The position numbers and the translations under genes were made by a program. This document shows positions 13,021 through 28,000 of a DNA stretch of 64,000 nt, one piece after another. How positions within the stretch are numbered: position 1 is the first letter of the stretch; the number at the start of each line of letters is the position of its first letter. Source of the DNA: Amoebophrya sp. A120. Its lineage: Eukaryota; Protista; Dinoflagellata. Under the pieces are notes generated by a model that was not told where the DNA came from, did no database searches, and saw only the letters and a program-made list of their open reading frames with translations. The stretch covers positions 2,072,110 through 2,136,109 of the forward strand of contig CAJINV010000015.1 in the NCBI GenBank assembly GCA_905178155.1, given 5' to 3'.

Positions 13021-16000
13021 CTACGTCGCTGGAGCCTCCTGTAACGTTTTCACTTCGTCGCCGGAAGTTGATTGGAGGTCTTCTTCCTCACCGGTCGTGG
13101 CACTACTATCATTCCCAACACCACCACCCCCTCCCCTCCTGGTCTTTTCATCGGCCAGCAAATCGGTGTCTGTATCCACCACTGCTTTCTCTACACCCGC
13201 TTGCGTTTCCTTCATGTTATCCAGTAGTTGCTTTTTCAACAATTCCTCCGCTTCTCGCTCATCCGGGAAGTTGTTCCAGAAATAATCCAACCCCCGAAAC
13301 GCCGCCTTCGTCGCCAAGGCCGGCTGGTGCTCGGTTGCGTATAACGGTGCTTTTCCCCACCTACACAACCGTGATGGGCAGGAGATTTGCATGTGCACGG
13401 CGTCTTCCTTCGACTCTAGCATCTCCATTTTCTTATCCACAGAAGTAAATTTCCCGAACACGTACAAATGCAGACGCTTCGTTCGTTCGTTCGTTCGTAT
13501 GGATCGGCTCTGCCGACCGGGTGACCCATCGCCTTGCATATAAATGACCGACATAGGCGATCCCCGTTACGGGACATACATATTGGCCGCACGGAAGGGC
13601 CCTAGGCACTACATACATAGTTCATCCTAGCGCCTACCACTTCGGTCGGGACTAAGTCAGCCTGGTCCTGGGGGTTCACAGCGCACTAGCCATCTGCTAG
13701 CATAAACAGACTGGGTTTTGCAAACTGTAACTGATCTAACATCTCATAACAGTGAGGCCATCATACGGGTGCGCTAAAACGAGCTCGGGGCGCTCCGTAC
13801 GGACGGGAGCCTTTCGACGCGGCGCACACTCTCCTGTAGAGTTTTACGCGGAACACGGATGGGCCGCGCACGCAACTCAGTCGAGGAGGACACACGCTCC
13901 CTCAATAATCGAGGTGGTAGTCACTCACGGCGGCTGGCCTGTCTGAAAACGGTACTCCCCACCTCCCATCTTCCCGGTTCGTCAATGACTCTGGCAAGCC
14001 ATGTTACTTAGACTCCCCGCGCATGCAAATATGGGACGGCGGGGGGGTTTTAAAAAGAGCTCTCGCCGTCCTTGATCTACTATAAAAGAAAAAGCCCTAT
14101 AATTTCGGCGAGGCTGTTTAGTTATTCGCTAGCTGATGGCCTCCTGTATAGTAATGGTCTCCCTTTTCTCCTCCTTTCCCCTTTCTCAATTTAACTCGCC
14201 TGCATCCTCCTGCTAATTTAACTCGCCTCCCCATTTATCTCGCTGAAAACTCCGTCCTCAATTTCACTCTCCTGCCAATCTAACCCGCGACGCCAACGGC
14301 TTTACTTCGGCGCATGGTGTGAAATCTTCGCGGCTTCTCTTCTCAGCTCCTCGACCTCTGCGCAGCGTTTTGCTCTGTTACCTTTTCTTCCGTCGTCCAG
14401 CATGACAAAACTTGCCTTCAATCCTAGTCCAGCATGACAAGTTGGACACTGCAAGTTGGCGAAATTTGTCATGCATTTTGTACATGTACAGAAAATTTGT
14501 ATTGCATACTTCTCAAACGGGTTCAACTTCGGAATCGACGCATCCCGAATTTTCAAGCTCAAGAAATCCGCTATCCCACGAAAAAACTGTTTCACTGTGA
14601 TGACTTTGCAGGATCTGCATCACAAGTTTGCTACACATGACACTGAAAATTTGTCATGCGCGCTTCCCAAGGGAATACACGCTTGAAAATTCAATGACTT
14701 GCAGGTGTAGCAAGACAAAGAGTTTTGTGTTCCATTTTCTGCATCACAGCTTCACAGTGAAACAGTTTCTTCTTGCGATATCCGCGCACACCATCATCTC
14801 CCGGTCTAAGTGGCCGAATCTCGTTTCATCCAATTTTTCCTGATTGAAATACAACGCCGAGGTTTTCCCGAAGTCCTGCAACTGACACTCCATCACCTTG
14901 CTACTGTAGTAGAGAAAATTCGTGGTTAATTTTTCCGGAATGTCCAGCGCCTCGTCGTAGGAACCGTGCAATACAAAGTGCTTTGGGAAGGATTTTTTGT
15001 CCGCGCCGGAGCTGGACGAAATCTGCGGTTGGCAGAGCGGTCTTTTCTCCAACTTTTTCGCCATCGCGGGGGGAACTTTGTAACCGATGGCCGGGTCGAA
15101 AAAGTCGTAGGAGACGACGATGATCCCAGTCAAGTCGGACTGGATCATTTCTTCACAGGCTAACCGGTACGCCATCGCGCCGCCGCCGGAAAATCCAAGG
15201 ACGAAGACTTCCGGTTTGGTGATTTTCCCATTCGACATGAACGTGAGGAGGTCCTGGCTGTGCTGAATCAGTGCTATCATCGCCTCAGCGTCGGATGGGT
15301 AGGAATCAAAATCCGGAACTTCCGCGTCGTCTGGGGTTTGGTCTTGGTTGGAATTTAATTTTTCCGCGGCTTGTCGTTCTTGTTCTTCCACATTTTCCCC
15401 ACTACTTCCCATTTGCAGGAACAGCGCAGGAGGTCCACCTCCCGATTGCACTACCACCGTAGGTCCACCTCCCGCTTCTCCTTCCGCAGCTTGCCCTTCG
15501 TCGTCTGCTGCTGCTCCTTCTGCAGCTGCTGTTGCTGCTTCTGCGACTGTTGTATCAGCTGCAGCTTCATCTGCGGACGATTCTTTTACTTCCGGTGCAC
15601 CAGCAGCCGGAGCTTTCTGTTCTTCAGGTGATTCTTCTGATGCGCCTTCAGGACCGGCAGCCGCTCCCTTTGTAGGTGCTGCAACTGGCTCCACACTGAT
15701 ATGGGGTTCTCAAGAGTTACATTCTCAACCGTTACATTGATTTGTGATGCAAAATGACCATAAGCCGCCACACAATCAAGGTGTTTCGCATGACAAATTC
15801 TCGAAGGGCTAAACACCACCTGAATCTGCTCCGAATTTGTAATGCAAAGCGCGCAATCTTCGCGCGTTCACTTTTGTTGTTCTTGCATGACAAATTCATG
15901 TAACAGTTGAGAATGTAACATTTGAGAATTCCATACCTGAACAGCCCATCCTCGTCATCCTCTGGGTCCTTCGGCGGTTTTTTCACTTCCAATATCAAAT

Positions 16001-19000
16001 GCAAAAATGTCTCTGTCTGGAAGAATGCTGGAGTTTGTAATGCAGATTTTGCATCGCCCGTGAGGTCTGTGATGCATGCTCTAGCATCAGAGATGTTGCG
16101 AGGGCTTTCCGATGCTCATACCGCATGAGAAATGCCCTCTCCGCGTAGCAAATACTTATTACACCTCTTTTGCTGTTCATGCAATACAGATTTTCTGTAG
16201 AGTCCAAAGTTAGCATCACAAGTTGCATCCTTCCAGGGGACCCAGACATATTTGCATTTCATATCCAACGGATCCTCGCAAAACCCCTTCGCCCCTAGAT
16301 CAGCGAAGGTTTCCCAGCAGGCCGCGGGCTCTACCAACCGGATGCCGTTGCCGGTGTCTTTTGGGAGGTCCTCCTTGTTGTTTGCCGATTCGTCTTCCGC
16401 CTTCGCTTGTTCTGGAGCACTTCCGGCTTTCGCTGTTTCTGCAGGACCTGGAGCCGCTTCATCCGCGGCTATCTCTGCTGTTGGCCAGCCTTTCTTGTCT
16501 TCTGAACCTGCTACTGCATCGTCCGTGCCTTCGACGGCAGTCGTGCCTGCTTCTTCGTCTTCACCCGATGAAGCTGCTGGTGGTACTACGGGCTCTTGGT
16601 TGAGTTGCAGAAGCGCCCCAGCCACTGCAGTGGCGCCGTCTTTGTCTTCAGGCGCTTGTCCTTCTGCTACTACTGCCCCTGGTGCACTTGCTCCCTCTGG
16701 ACCGCCAGCTGCTTCTGACTGTTTCGGAGCGGCGGCGTCATCTGCTGCTGGTAATTTTTCAACATCTTCCTGCACTACTCCGGAGCTAGCAGTAGCGGCA
16801 GGAACAGTAGCCTCTGCTCCTGCTTCTTTTTTCTTCTTCCCCTTCGCTTTTTTCCGCATCATTCCGTACTGTTTATCCGCCAACGGGCAAATCACGATCA
16901 CGCCCATGTTGTTTGCCACTTTCTGCGCGTCTAGCGCTTCTGATTTCGATCCGCAAAACGCGTACTCGTCGTGCTGTTGTAGCACGTCCCGCCCCGTGAA
17001 CGCGAACAGAATCCCGTGGTGTAATTTTATCCCCAGGGAGGAAATGTCCGTTCCGTCAGAAAGCCACACCGGGGAATAGGCTCGGTATCTGACCTTCCGG
17101 TTCTTGTACTGAAATCGCCACTTCCCGCTCGGGACGTTTTGCATGATCGTTTCCACGTCGGAGGACACATCCGGATCGTTAGAATTCGTTAGTTGTGGGA
17201 ACTCCGTGTCGTCTTCCTCTCCTAATTGCCCGAGAAAAATGTGATTGGAACCAACGCCATCGGCCCCGTTTTCGTCACTTCCGCCTTGTACTTTCGAAGC
17301 AGCAACGCTTTTCATGTCCGCTTCATCACCTAGTACCTCTCCAGTTTTCTCGCCCTCCTTCTGGATCTCCTCCCGCATCTTCATTACCCGTAACACCGAG
17401 AAAACCTCGCTTGAATTCCCGTAATGATCATCTCGGACGGATTCGATGTGTGTGATGTCTTCCCGCTTCATGTAGCCCAAGTCCAGAATCGGCACCCCTT
17501 CAGACTCAACTCCAGTCACAAACTGCTCGTAATTCTTCGGAATCCCCGAAAAACGGACAAACCGCGAAACTCGTTGGCTTTCATCGAGGACAACTGGTGC
17601 AGCGGTTGTTGTGGTGGTTGTAGTTGTCGGCGCAGGAGTGGTCGGTGGGTCGGTGACCTCCCCCTCGACCGGAGTACCGTGAAACGGATCTTCGACTTTC
17701 GTTGGGTCGAGTTCCTCTTGCTCTTTTGGTTCACCGGTATTTTCTGCAGCCGCGGCGGATTTGTCCTCTTCGGTACTCTCTTTCGCACCTTCGCTGTCCT
17801 CCGCTTCTCCCTCCTCTTCATCCGAATCGGGAATGCCGCCAAAAGGCCCTTCGAGCAACGTCAAGAGCTCCGCTTTCTCGTAGTCATCGCACTCCCCGGG
17901 TAATTCGACTGAAGACACCGCCAACGCCTTGTCGATTTTGAACATTTTGTCCGCTTTTTTCTTCTCATCAAGCTCTAATTTCTTCTTTTCCCCTATCAAG
18001 GAAAAAACACCCATCCCCATCCATTTTCTGCATGACAAATAGTTGGTTTTGTGCGGGCGTTGCATGACAAATTGGATGGGGATGAGTGTTTTTTCCTGGA
18101 TATCCCCGTCTGCGGAACTACTGTCCACCACCTCCGCACACACCTCATACTTCGGGTCGCCTTTGAGTTTGTGGACTTTGATCAACTGATCTTTCACGGA
18201 ATCATACAACTGCTGCCGTTTCATCGCGTAGCATCTCCTCTGCAAAAGTATCGTACCCGTATGGCAATCATGCAATACAATTTTTTGTCTTATAGGTGAA
18301 TCCGCATTACAAATTTCATGTCTCATGCTGAGGAAATTTGTAATGCATGTCCATGCATTTCAACGAGTACCAAATATAGCCGCCGGGGCGGGGGTAGTGA
18401 GGTCGTGGGCGTTTTTTTGCCGGCCGCAGCCTTGGCCGCGGCTTTGCTTTTTATGGGCTCGCCATACCGCCGTGAGTAACGTTATGCCGGACGGTATGGC
18501 GGCCACTTGGGAAACGTCGCCAATTTTGGCAAATTCCCGAAATTCCTTTCCGAAAGCCAGCCCCCACGCTATGGGGCCGATCCGGGTGCCGCGGGGGGCG
18601 TCCAAAAAGCGAAGAAAAATCGGGCCCATAGCATGCGGATTGGCTTTGCGCGTCTGGAGCGCATTTTCTTTTTCGCGTTTTTATTTTTCACGCCGGCGCT
18701 TTTTGCAAAGCTTCCCAGGCTCTGAAACTGGCGAAAAGGCGGCCGCTTTCGCTGCCACCCAAAATGCTCCGAAATCACGGCCGTGCCATGCTGTTTCGCT
18801 GTTCTGATTTTGGGCGCGTTTTTTGCGCGTCCCTTTTTGGGCGCCCCAAACCGCCAGAAACTAAGGCGGTGGGCGCCTCAGAAGGGCGCCCCTTTTGCCG
18901 GCTCCCCTGCGTCGTTTTACCCAGCGGCGATCGATAGAATCCGCTGGCGATTCGGTGCCGACACAGCCAAAGCCGCTTGATAATTGAAAATATTTTTTGT

Positions 19001-22000
19001 CAAAAAACGCTTCCGGCCGCTTGAAAACTGCCGCTCGTTTTTCAGGGTAGCTGTCAAAAAAACTCCCTGGTTAGAACCGTTCGGTGACCTCACTACATAC
19101 GATAACGATGCCTTTGCACTGCATATAGCAGACTTGCGGGATGCCGCTATCGTGCCCCAGTATGCACTATGGATTGTAAAAATGTCTGGGTCTGGAAGAA
19201 TGGAAGGTCTGTCATGCTCTGCCAGCATGACCCCAAAGTATGTCATGCACGTTACCCAAGAGCCCCGTTTTTTTGTCATGCAGAAACGCAGTTTGTCATG
19301 CGGAAAAGGCAACACCTCGAAGCTCAGAAACTTGTCATGCTGAGCCAGCACTTGTGGCCGCCTCATGATACGCCAACCAGCGTCACAAGTTTCCAGACCC
19401 AGACATTTTTACAGTTGATATGCACTTCATGCAGTTGAAGTTCGTCGGCTCGATACCTTTCGTCCCACAAGACGGGCAGCAATCTTCGTAAGCGTTCATC
19501 GGGTATTCGCCACAGTCGGTTGCTTCGGAGATTTTCGCGACGAGGTTCTCCAATTCCTGCTTGTCGTCCGTTGTTTCACAGGGTGGGCACGTGAGCTTTT
19601 GAGTTCCGTCTTTCGAGGTGATGGTGGTGGAGCCAGTAGTAGTGCCAGCGGGTGAAGCAGGAGCTCCTGAGGTTTTTTCATTCGGAGGGGGAACTCCTCC
19701 TGCTGCTGCTGCTGCGTCGGGTTTACCTGCGCCAGCTGCTCCTGCTGCTGCGTCACCGCCCTCAGCTGCTCCTGCAACTGCTGCTTCATCTCCGCCTGTC
19801 GCACCAGCTGTACCCTCCGCTCCTGCAGCCGCCGTAGCGCTACTCGTATTCATCTTCGCCGTGCCGTTACTATTCACGGGACCAACACCTGTTCCTGCAG
19901 TCGCATTCACCGCTCCAGCACCGAGATCACCCTCGTCATCCTCCATCTCCCCTTTGTCCTCCGCAGAAGTGAAATTCGCCAGCGAAACCCCCTGATTGTT
20001 CATGATTTCCTCCTGCGTTGCCGGTAGAATTTTTTTCTCCGCCGCCGGGGCTTCAAACATCGTGATTTCCGGCGTGTTATCAAGTGCAAAAGTATCGCAC
20101 TAGTAGTAGAAATCACATCACAAGTTTGGTCAGTATGAAAGATGCAAGTTGTCATGCTGCTTAGCGTACACTGATAGATCTGTCATGCATGATTGCCATT
20201 ATTAGTACGAGCACGATTATACTTTTGCAATGCATACGTGTTCGGCACTTTCCCGTTTAATTTCTGCTTAACCTGCTCCTTCTCCAAACACTTCGAATTT
20301 TCAAAATCCGCAAACGCCGTCCCCGCGGGGCAGGAGACGCACTTATCCCCCGGCTCGCCCTGTTCCGTCGAGGGGCACTGTTTCCCGACCGCGGGCTCCC
20401 CTCCTCCCTCGCAATTGCAAACTTGGTCGACACACACCGCTTTTTCTGTGTTTGGGAAAAGTTCAACCGTGGATTCCGGGCAGTAGCTGTGGATCGGGGA
20501 AGCGTCTTTCGCTTTCTGCATCGCGGCCGCCTTCTCTTTCTTGGACAGGGTGGAGGTACCCGAGGGTTTGTCATTTTTGTCTCCTGGTGCAGCTTCATCT
20601 TTTCCTGGTGATAGAGAGGCTCCAGCCGATGGCATTCCCGGTAGAGTTGGTAAAATCTTGATCGTGTTCAAAGTCCGGTATGGCTCACCGTTGTAGAGTA
20701 AAGCATTCGCATATCCACAGAAAAAACCCCATCCCCATCCATGTTTTGCATGACAAACATAGAATTTGATACGTGTTTTGCATGACAAATTGGATGTGCA
20801 TGGGTGTTTTTTCCTGGATATCGCAGTTCTCAACAGATTTTCCTCCTGCCCCGGCTGGATCGACACCGCTGCACTCGTAGTTGCACCAGATGCCATCTTC
20901 CCGCTATCGACGAGAAACGGCACTGTCACTTCCGATAACACTTCCACGTTTTCGCTTCCGAGCAGTTTCACCTTCACCGGCACGTCGTCCGTTGCCTCTG
21001 CTTGGATTCGCTGCTTCTTGTGCCTTGTGCGTTTTGTTTCTTTCGACGTTCCGAAAAGCAGCTGCACCTCCTCCGATGCTTTTTGTTTAGCCTTATTTGT
21101 AGCTGCATCCACTGCGCCAGCACCCGTTGAGTTATCATCCTCCTTCGTCTGCTTCAACTCAAAAGGCGCGGTGATGATGTTGTTCCCTAATTTTGCAGCG
21201 TCGAATTCCGGCTTCTTCTTCACCTCATCCGGAATTGTGTTCAACAGCCAAACCGGCTGAATCGGTGAGTCGCCGAACTTTTGAAAAATGGTGTCTTTGA
21301 AATGATTTGCCAGTGCCGGGTGGCAGGTTACCGCCGCTATGGAGTTCTCAAATGTTACATGATTTGTCATGCTTAACTACCATTATCATCTACACGATCA
21401 AGCTGCTCTGCATGACAAATCCTGGAGGGGCCAAACAGGCTGACAATCTGTGCCAAATCTGTCATGCAAGACGCGCAATGCCCCCCCTTTCATTTTTCCC
21501 ATTCTTGCATCACAAATCCATGTAACAGTTGAGAATGTAACGTTTGAGAACGCCATAGCCGCGTAGCCGAGGTTCAAGAGCTTGGGGATCGCGCACGGGG
21601 CGAACTGCGGCCACGTAGCGGAAAGGGAATCTGATGTAGTCGTTGTAGCGAGATATGCATGTTGACAACCATGGTCACCAATACGATATTGAGCATGAGA
21701 AACCCCTTCGTCACACAAAAAATCTTCCAAAAAAGCACTATACCGAGCATCATCTGGATCTCCGTGGGCACGCTGTCAAACTTTTCTTCGTTGATCGTGC
21801 CAATCTGCCGCATCAGAGCGTACCGCACCGCTTTCGTCTGCAACGCCTTCAGCATGTCGGGCATGTCGAGTAAGTTCATCCAAAACCGATATTGCAGTGA
21901 ATAAGGCCCCCACCCCCAAGTTTGCAAAAATTTGTGATGCGAAGTTTCCAAATGAAAACTTTTTGCTATGCATGAAAGGAGTGTGAATCTTTCTGATGCA

Positions 22001-25000
22001 GAGTGTAGGCGTGTATCGCATCGCTTGCATGACACGCGCCACTCTTGCTGGGATCTTTTGCAATTACAAATTTTTGCTATTCACGATGGGAAACCTGTGA
22101 TGCTGATAGATGCAAGAGGGCAACTATTTCATTGGGAAAGGTTTGCAATACAAATGCTCCCAAGTTCGGGGGTGGGGGCATTTTTCACTGTAGTAACCGA
22201 ACTTTCATCTTCATCGACTTCTGCACTAACTTGAACGCAGCGGGAGATGCACTTTCCGCATTTTGATTTTCCTCTTTTCCATTATTCCGATTTTTCATCG
22301 TTGCTCTGCCTTGCAAAAGCATCAAACTCGTCGAGTTCGACTGCGACTCACTGCCCTCCTCATACGCCTTCTGCATGACAGCCTCCGCTTTTGCGTGCGC
22401 AATGGAATTTTCCTCTGGTTCCGGCTGCGTCACGTTCTGCTTGGTATTTGGAATCTCCGGCTCCGGCATCGTGGCTGCTTTCACCGCCTGCGCCGACGAT
22501 TTCGCGTGCGCGAGGTCTTCTTGCTTTTTGTACGCACTACTCGTCCCAGAAGATCCAAAACTAGCTTTCGCTTTGTACTCTTTCGTCGCGATCTTCGAAT
22601 AGTCAAACGGCTGTTCCGGAGGCCCCCTTTTGCTTGAAGGATTATCCGCAGTAAATTTCCCGCACACGTACAGATGCGGTCTCCGCATGACAAAACATGG
22701 CTTCGATCCTGGTTCAGCATGACAAGTTTTACGCTCCAAATTGGTGAAATTTGTGATGCATCTTGCACATGTACGGGAAATTTGTATTGCATACGGATAG
22801 GAGAATTTCAGCTTCGGAATCACTGATTTCTCGCCGTTCCCCTCCGAGAACAAACTCGTTCCGGCTGGCGGCTCCGGCTTCAATTCTAGGGAGACCAGCC
22901 GGAGTTTCTGATATCTCGGGACCACTACACCGACCGCACGGGGGATTTCGTTAAGTGCGTTCCTGATCGCCGTGGAAATCGCGATGTTGCTGTACGCGTC
23001 CTTTCCGTCGAAAGCGAGGGGAAGTTCGATCTGTGGGAAGGTAATCTCCATGTCGAAGGAAGCTGCTTCGTCCCCGAAGTACTGGCAGAAGGATCGGTGG
23101 GGCGGGACGTTGTAGTGTCTGGGTGGTTTCAAAACGCTGTCGTCGTAGGGGGAGGATGATTTTTCATCGTCTTTGTCACCTCCTGCTGCAGGAGCAGGGT
23201 CTTGTCGGTCATAGGACTCTGTGCTGTCAAGAACTGAATACGATGTTTTTGCTGTCTGGATCAAACTAAGGTCGGTTTCTTCGCCCGCAGCTTCTGCTGC
23301 TGTAGCAGCACTCGCTGCGTCCTCTCCCGCTGCGTCTCCTGCATCAGAACCGAATGTACTACCTCCCTCCTTCGCGCTAGTCATCAACGCTTTCTCCGCG
23401 TTTTTCTGCTCCTTATCCTCGGCGTTCTCCCCTAGAACTCCGGATTCCAAGGCCGCATTCGGTGTATGCATTGCAAACGTATCGTACTAGTAGAAATTGC
23501 ATCACAAATTAGCTTAGCAAGACAAATGTAATTTGTCATGCTGTTATAGCTTTGGAAGGAGGTTTGTCATGCACATCTGCAATCAGTACGAGTACGGTAC
23601 TTTTGCAGTGCATACGGTGATTTCTTCAACGATTTCGCACTGCACTCCTCGCTCGTCCACTCCCCCGCCCAGTAACGGAGTAGAAACGACATTTTGCAGT
23701 TACACTCCGCCAAAGACGTATGAGAGTGCACAGCTCCACCTCCCCCTCATTTGTCATGCAAAACCCCAAATCCAACCGCTTCCCTCTGGCACTGTTAGCA
23801 TGACAGATTCATCCGGAAGCCCAAACAGTACTACATAAGGCACGAAAAATTTGTCATGCACAGTTTCCATGTGTGCTGGTGTTTGTATTGCTGTTCATGT
23901 CAACATACAAATCAATGAGGGCGAGGGGGGGTTGTGCACTGTCGTAAGACGGGTCGTTCGGTGTGTCGCAGTACCGGATCTGCTCGATATCGTTTTTCTG
24001 CTTGTTAGAGGATATCATCGTGAAATCGCCGTTCTTCTCGATATTCTCGTCCTGCTTCCACATCATCAGCGCATCTTTCGAGATCGGACCAAGGCAAACG
24101 GGTTCCGCTTGGAGGTACTTGTCGTGGAAAACCTTTTGGTTGTTGGAAGAGGGGAGTTATCGTGTGCAAAAGTATCGTAGTTGTACTAATTACAATCATG
24201 CATGACATCAAACCTGGTTTCTTAGCAAATCAGCATTACAAATTCTATATGTAATGCAATTTATACGTAAATACGATATTTTTGCAATGCATAGGAGGCG
24301 TAGTGCCCAGGAGTTGCTGGTCAGTTCTGAAACGGACTTCATCCCGTTGGCGGAAGGGTAGAGGGTCGAGAGCGTCACTTCGTCTGGTTCTTGAGAGGTG
24401 TTTTCTTTGTTCTTCATTTTGGTGTTTTGACCTGCAGCGGTTTTCTTCTTCTTCACTTCTTGTTTGTACTTTCCTTTGGCACCAGCGGTTCTCTTCTTGG
24501 ACACAAATTTGCCGCTTTCCTTTGGGGCAGCGGCAGGCTTGGCTTCCGCTTGTTCATCGGTTCCCTCCTCTTCCTCCATTTGATCCTGCCCTTGAGCCAC
24601 TAGTGCCTCGTCGTCCTCTAGTTCTGCGTCGGTGGTTTCCTGCTCTGCATTTTCTCTAGCACTAGCATCCTCTACTTCAGTATCCAAGAAAAAAACTGTG
24701 CTAGTGTAACTTTCTTTGGCTGATAGCATCACAAATTTGCTCTACATGACACAGAAAACCTGTCATGCGTGATTTGTAAGGGAAAACACACATGAAAGGA
24801 GGACTGCATGGCTGTCTGGCATGATAGGTGTAACTCTGTTGCATGTTCTGCATCACAGATTTACACTTACACAGTTTTTTTCTTGGATATTCAGTTTCTC
24901 CTGTCTGCAACAGCGACACCACGTCCAAGTTTTTCGCGCTTTTTTATCAAAATGAAATTTCATCCCGCACACGCAGACGCAAAGCTTGTACCGTTTCATC

Positions 25001-28000
25001 CGCATGACAAAAATTTTCTTCAATCTCATTCAGCATGACAAGTGGTAAGCATCTGCTCAAAGTCAGCGAAATTTGTGATGCAATTTGTACAATGTCGTGT
25101 AGTCCGGGAATCATGAATTTGTCTTCGCATATCTTCACCACCGCTTTCATATCCGGTTTCATCACCTCGAGTAAGCACATCTTCTGAAACGGGCAACAGA
25201 TTCCACTATGGCACTGGTAACTGTGCACGCAGTTCTTCCCCACTTCCAACCCCGTCTGCAACGGGCAAAATCCGGGTATACTGTGCACCGGCCCGTTGTA
25301 CACCGGACCAATATTTGCCGTATCCCCCGGTTTAAACGTTTTGCTGTCCGGAGTTAAAGGGAAAAAAGGTCCGTTGTCTACGGTGCAGGTGCGGATGCAC
25401 TCCTTGCTTCGGCAGTTCCCGCGCGACCCGAGACCGCAGGCAATTGGGCAGTTACACAGGAGCTGGTTAATGCCGAACTTGCTGTAGGGGACTTTCCCTA
25501 AATTTAGAGAATTCGACACCCCCGTCTTTTCGTCCACGTGAAAGCTGATTTGCTTAAACGCCGTGTCGCAGGTTCGCAAATCCTCGGATTTTAACTGTTT
25601 CCCGACTTGATCTTTCAGCAATACCGCCCAGTCTCTGCAGCTCAAGTCCGCTTCGTCTCGGAAATCCAAGGAATCCCTACACGGAGCGTTTAAATCCAAT
25701 GCGTTGGGGTTGACGTAGAGGTAGCTGTCGGGAGAGATGTATTTCAGGTCGAACGCGTATTTTGGGGGCGTGAAGTCCAACTCTTTGGACGCCGGTTTTT
25801 TCTTGTCCAACAGCTTGTAGACCAACGACCTCGTGTGGGGGTGGACCAACGGGTCGGAAACTAATTTCTCCAGTCTCTTCCGCTGCTCGGCGTTTGCTTC
25901 GCCGTCTTTATCTTTTCCACTTTGTTCCGATGATCCGGCCCCGAGCAACCCTGTTGGTTTCTTGTACGTGGAGAAATGCGCCATTTGACACACCAACTGC
26001 GTCGCGAGTCGGTGCTGTCCGAGTTGTTTGTCGAAATTCACTTTTTGCGGTTGATTGAAGATAAACTGGCCGGAGGGAGCGAGTCTTTGGCACCCAAACG
26101 GCGTCCACTGATTTTTCACAGCCGGGTCGATGCTACTCCCTTTCGATGGGTAGAAGAAATCTGCCGCTTTCCTGCACTCTGCCTCGGAGGAAACTGGGAC
26201 GAAATTCGCACCGAGGACTTGCGGACAGTTGAACGCGTCGACTTTGGCTAAGACAAATTCCGGGATGATCTGCGCTTCCGGGAGTTTGTACAGCGTGAGG
26301 TCTTCCACTCGGGTCGGGAAGAAGGGTTTTTGGTGCTGATGCTGCTTTATTTTTCGTTCTCCATTTATTTTCCGGTCGACCTCAGCGAGACTCACAACAT
26401 CGGCCTCCGTAGTTCCATCCGTAGTTGCCTCTCGCAGAATTTCTTCGGGAAAGTCCTCCGTTTTCCCGTCTAAATGCTCCAACTCTACTACTTCATAATC
26501 TTCCTCCTCGTCGGTTTTTGCTTTCTCCTCCACGTCCACATCATGCTTTTTCGAATTCAGAAGTGCAGGACCAGCAGCAGAGGGCGCCGCCGTCACGACC
26601 GATGGGGAAGTAGACGCTGAACCTGAGGTTGCAGCAGATGTTGTTCCTGCGCTTATAATCGGGTTGTTGTACGGGGTCGTTGATGAGTTGGCCGCACTCT
26701 TGTTCATTGCTACTGAAAACGACAGACTATTCTTCGTCCTCAAAAACTCCGTGTCCACCTTCAAAGTCGTCTGCCGGTCTGGCATATGAACTGCAAAAGC
26801 ATCGCACTCGTAGTAATTGCAGTTATGCGTTACAAATCTTTTTCCTAAGATCAATCAGCATTACAAATTCCATTTCTCATGCTGAGGAAATTTGTAATGC
26901 AATTCAGACTAGTACCATGCTTTTGCATTTCGTATGGCAGCCACGCGCGACTGCGCCATTTCTTCCCTTTTTCCTGGCTGTTTTCGAAAAGCAAATCTTC
27001 CTGCGCAGTTTGTCCGATCCGGTGGAGCGCAGTGGCGTTCCTTTCTTCCTTCGCAATCTCGTTGGCGAACTTGACGAGATTATTGGCTGTGGCGGGTGCG
27101 AGGTTGAAGATTTGTTTGGCGTATGGGAGGGGTAAAATGACAGAGTTGAGCTAGAAGTAGCTGGCATAATTGAGTATTTTCCACCCGGTGTTCGTATACC
27201 CTTGCGCAACGTTCACTTGTTGTAGTGGGTGAGCCTTGGAGACAACTTGAGTGCAATAGGTTGCCAGAGTACTGACTCTCATTCAAAATCAAACATGCGG
27301 GCATGCGTGCTGTTCGCACAGACGCTCAGATGTTTATGTGTTGCGTGTAACCTGCAAAGATGCAAAATCCTCGAGTGAAATGATTGATTATCCACGTTAC
27401 AGAAGCAATAAGTATGATCACTTCCATGGTCCAATTCATCTTTCACCACCCCATACCGACCCGGCAACCTTTCTCGTCTTCCCATCCGCTAGCTCATACG
27501 TGTACGGCTCGCCCTTGATACTATTCAGCGCGCCCGGAAAAACGCCTTCCTTCGCAACCACGGAATTCTCCATGGCGAAGCTCCAAATCCCGTCTTTGTC
27601 CTCCTGCAGAACTTGCTTTTGCTGCGCCAAATCCTCATCAGATGCTTGTGCGGGAGAGGTGATCTTGAATAATCTGTTTTTCTCCTTCGTCGGATCCTCG
27701 TACACGTCTGTGTAGGTCAGCGAATCTCCCGCTGGATACAAATATGTCCCGTTCAGTGCGTCGGTTTGGATTACGCCGGAAATGTTGGTTAAATTGCGGT
27801 TGTACGCGTAATTATCCATTGTTCCCGGGAAAACCACCGGGGAATTGTCGCCCAAATCCCCAGCTTGTTCCAGCAGATCATGCTCTTCGGACCACTGCTG
27901 CTGCAGTTTTCCCTGGGCCGGTACGGGAACTTGATTTTCATTTTCTGTTTCCTGCAGCAAAGCTGTTGTAGTACCTGGTGTCGTGGTCCCCTTCTTCCGA

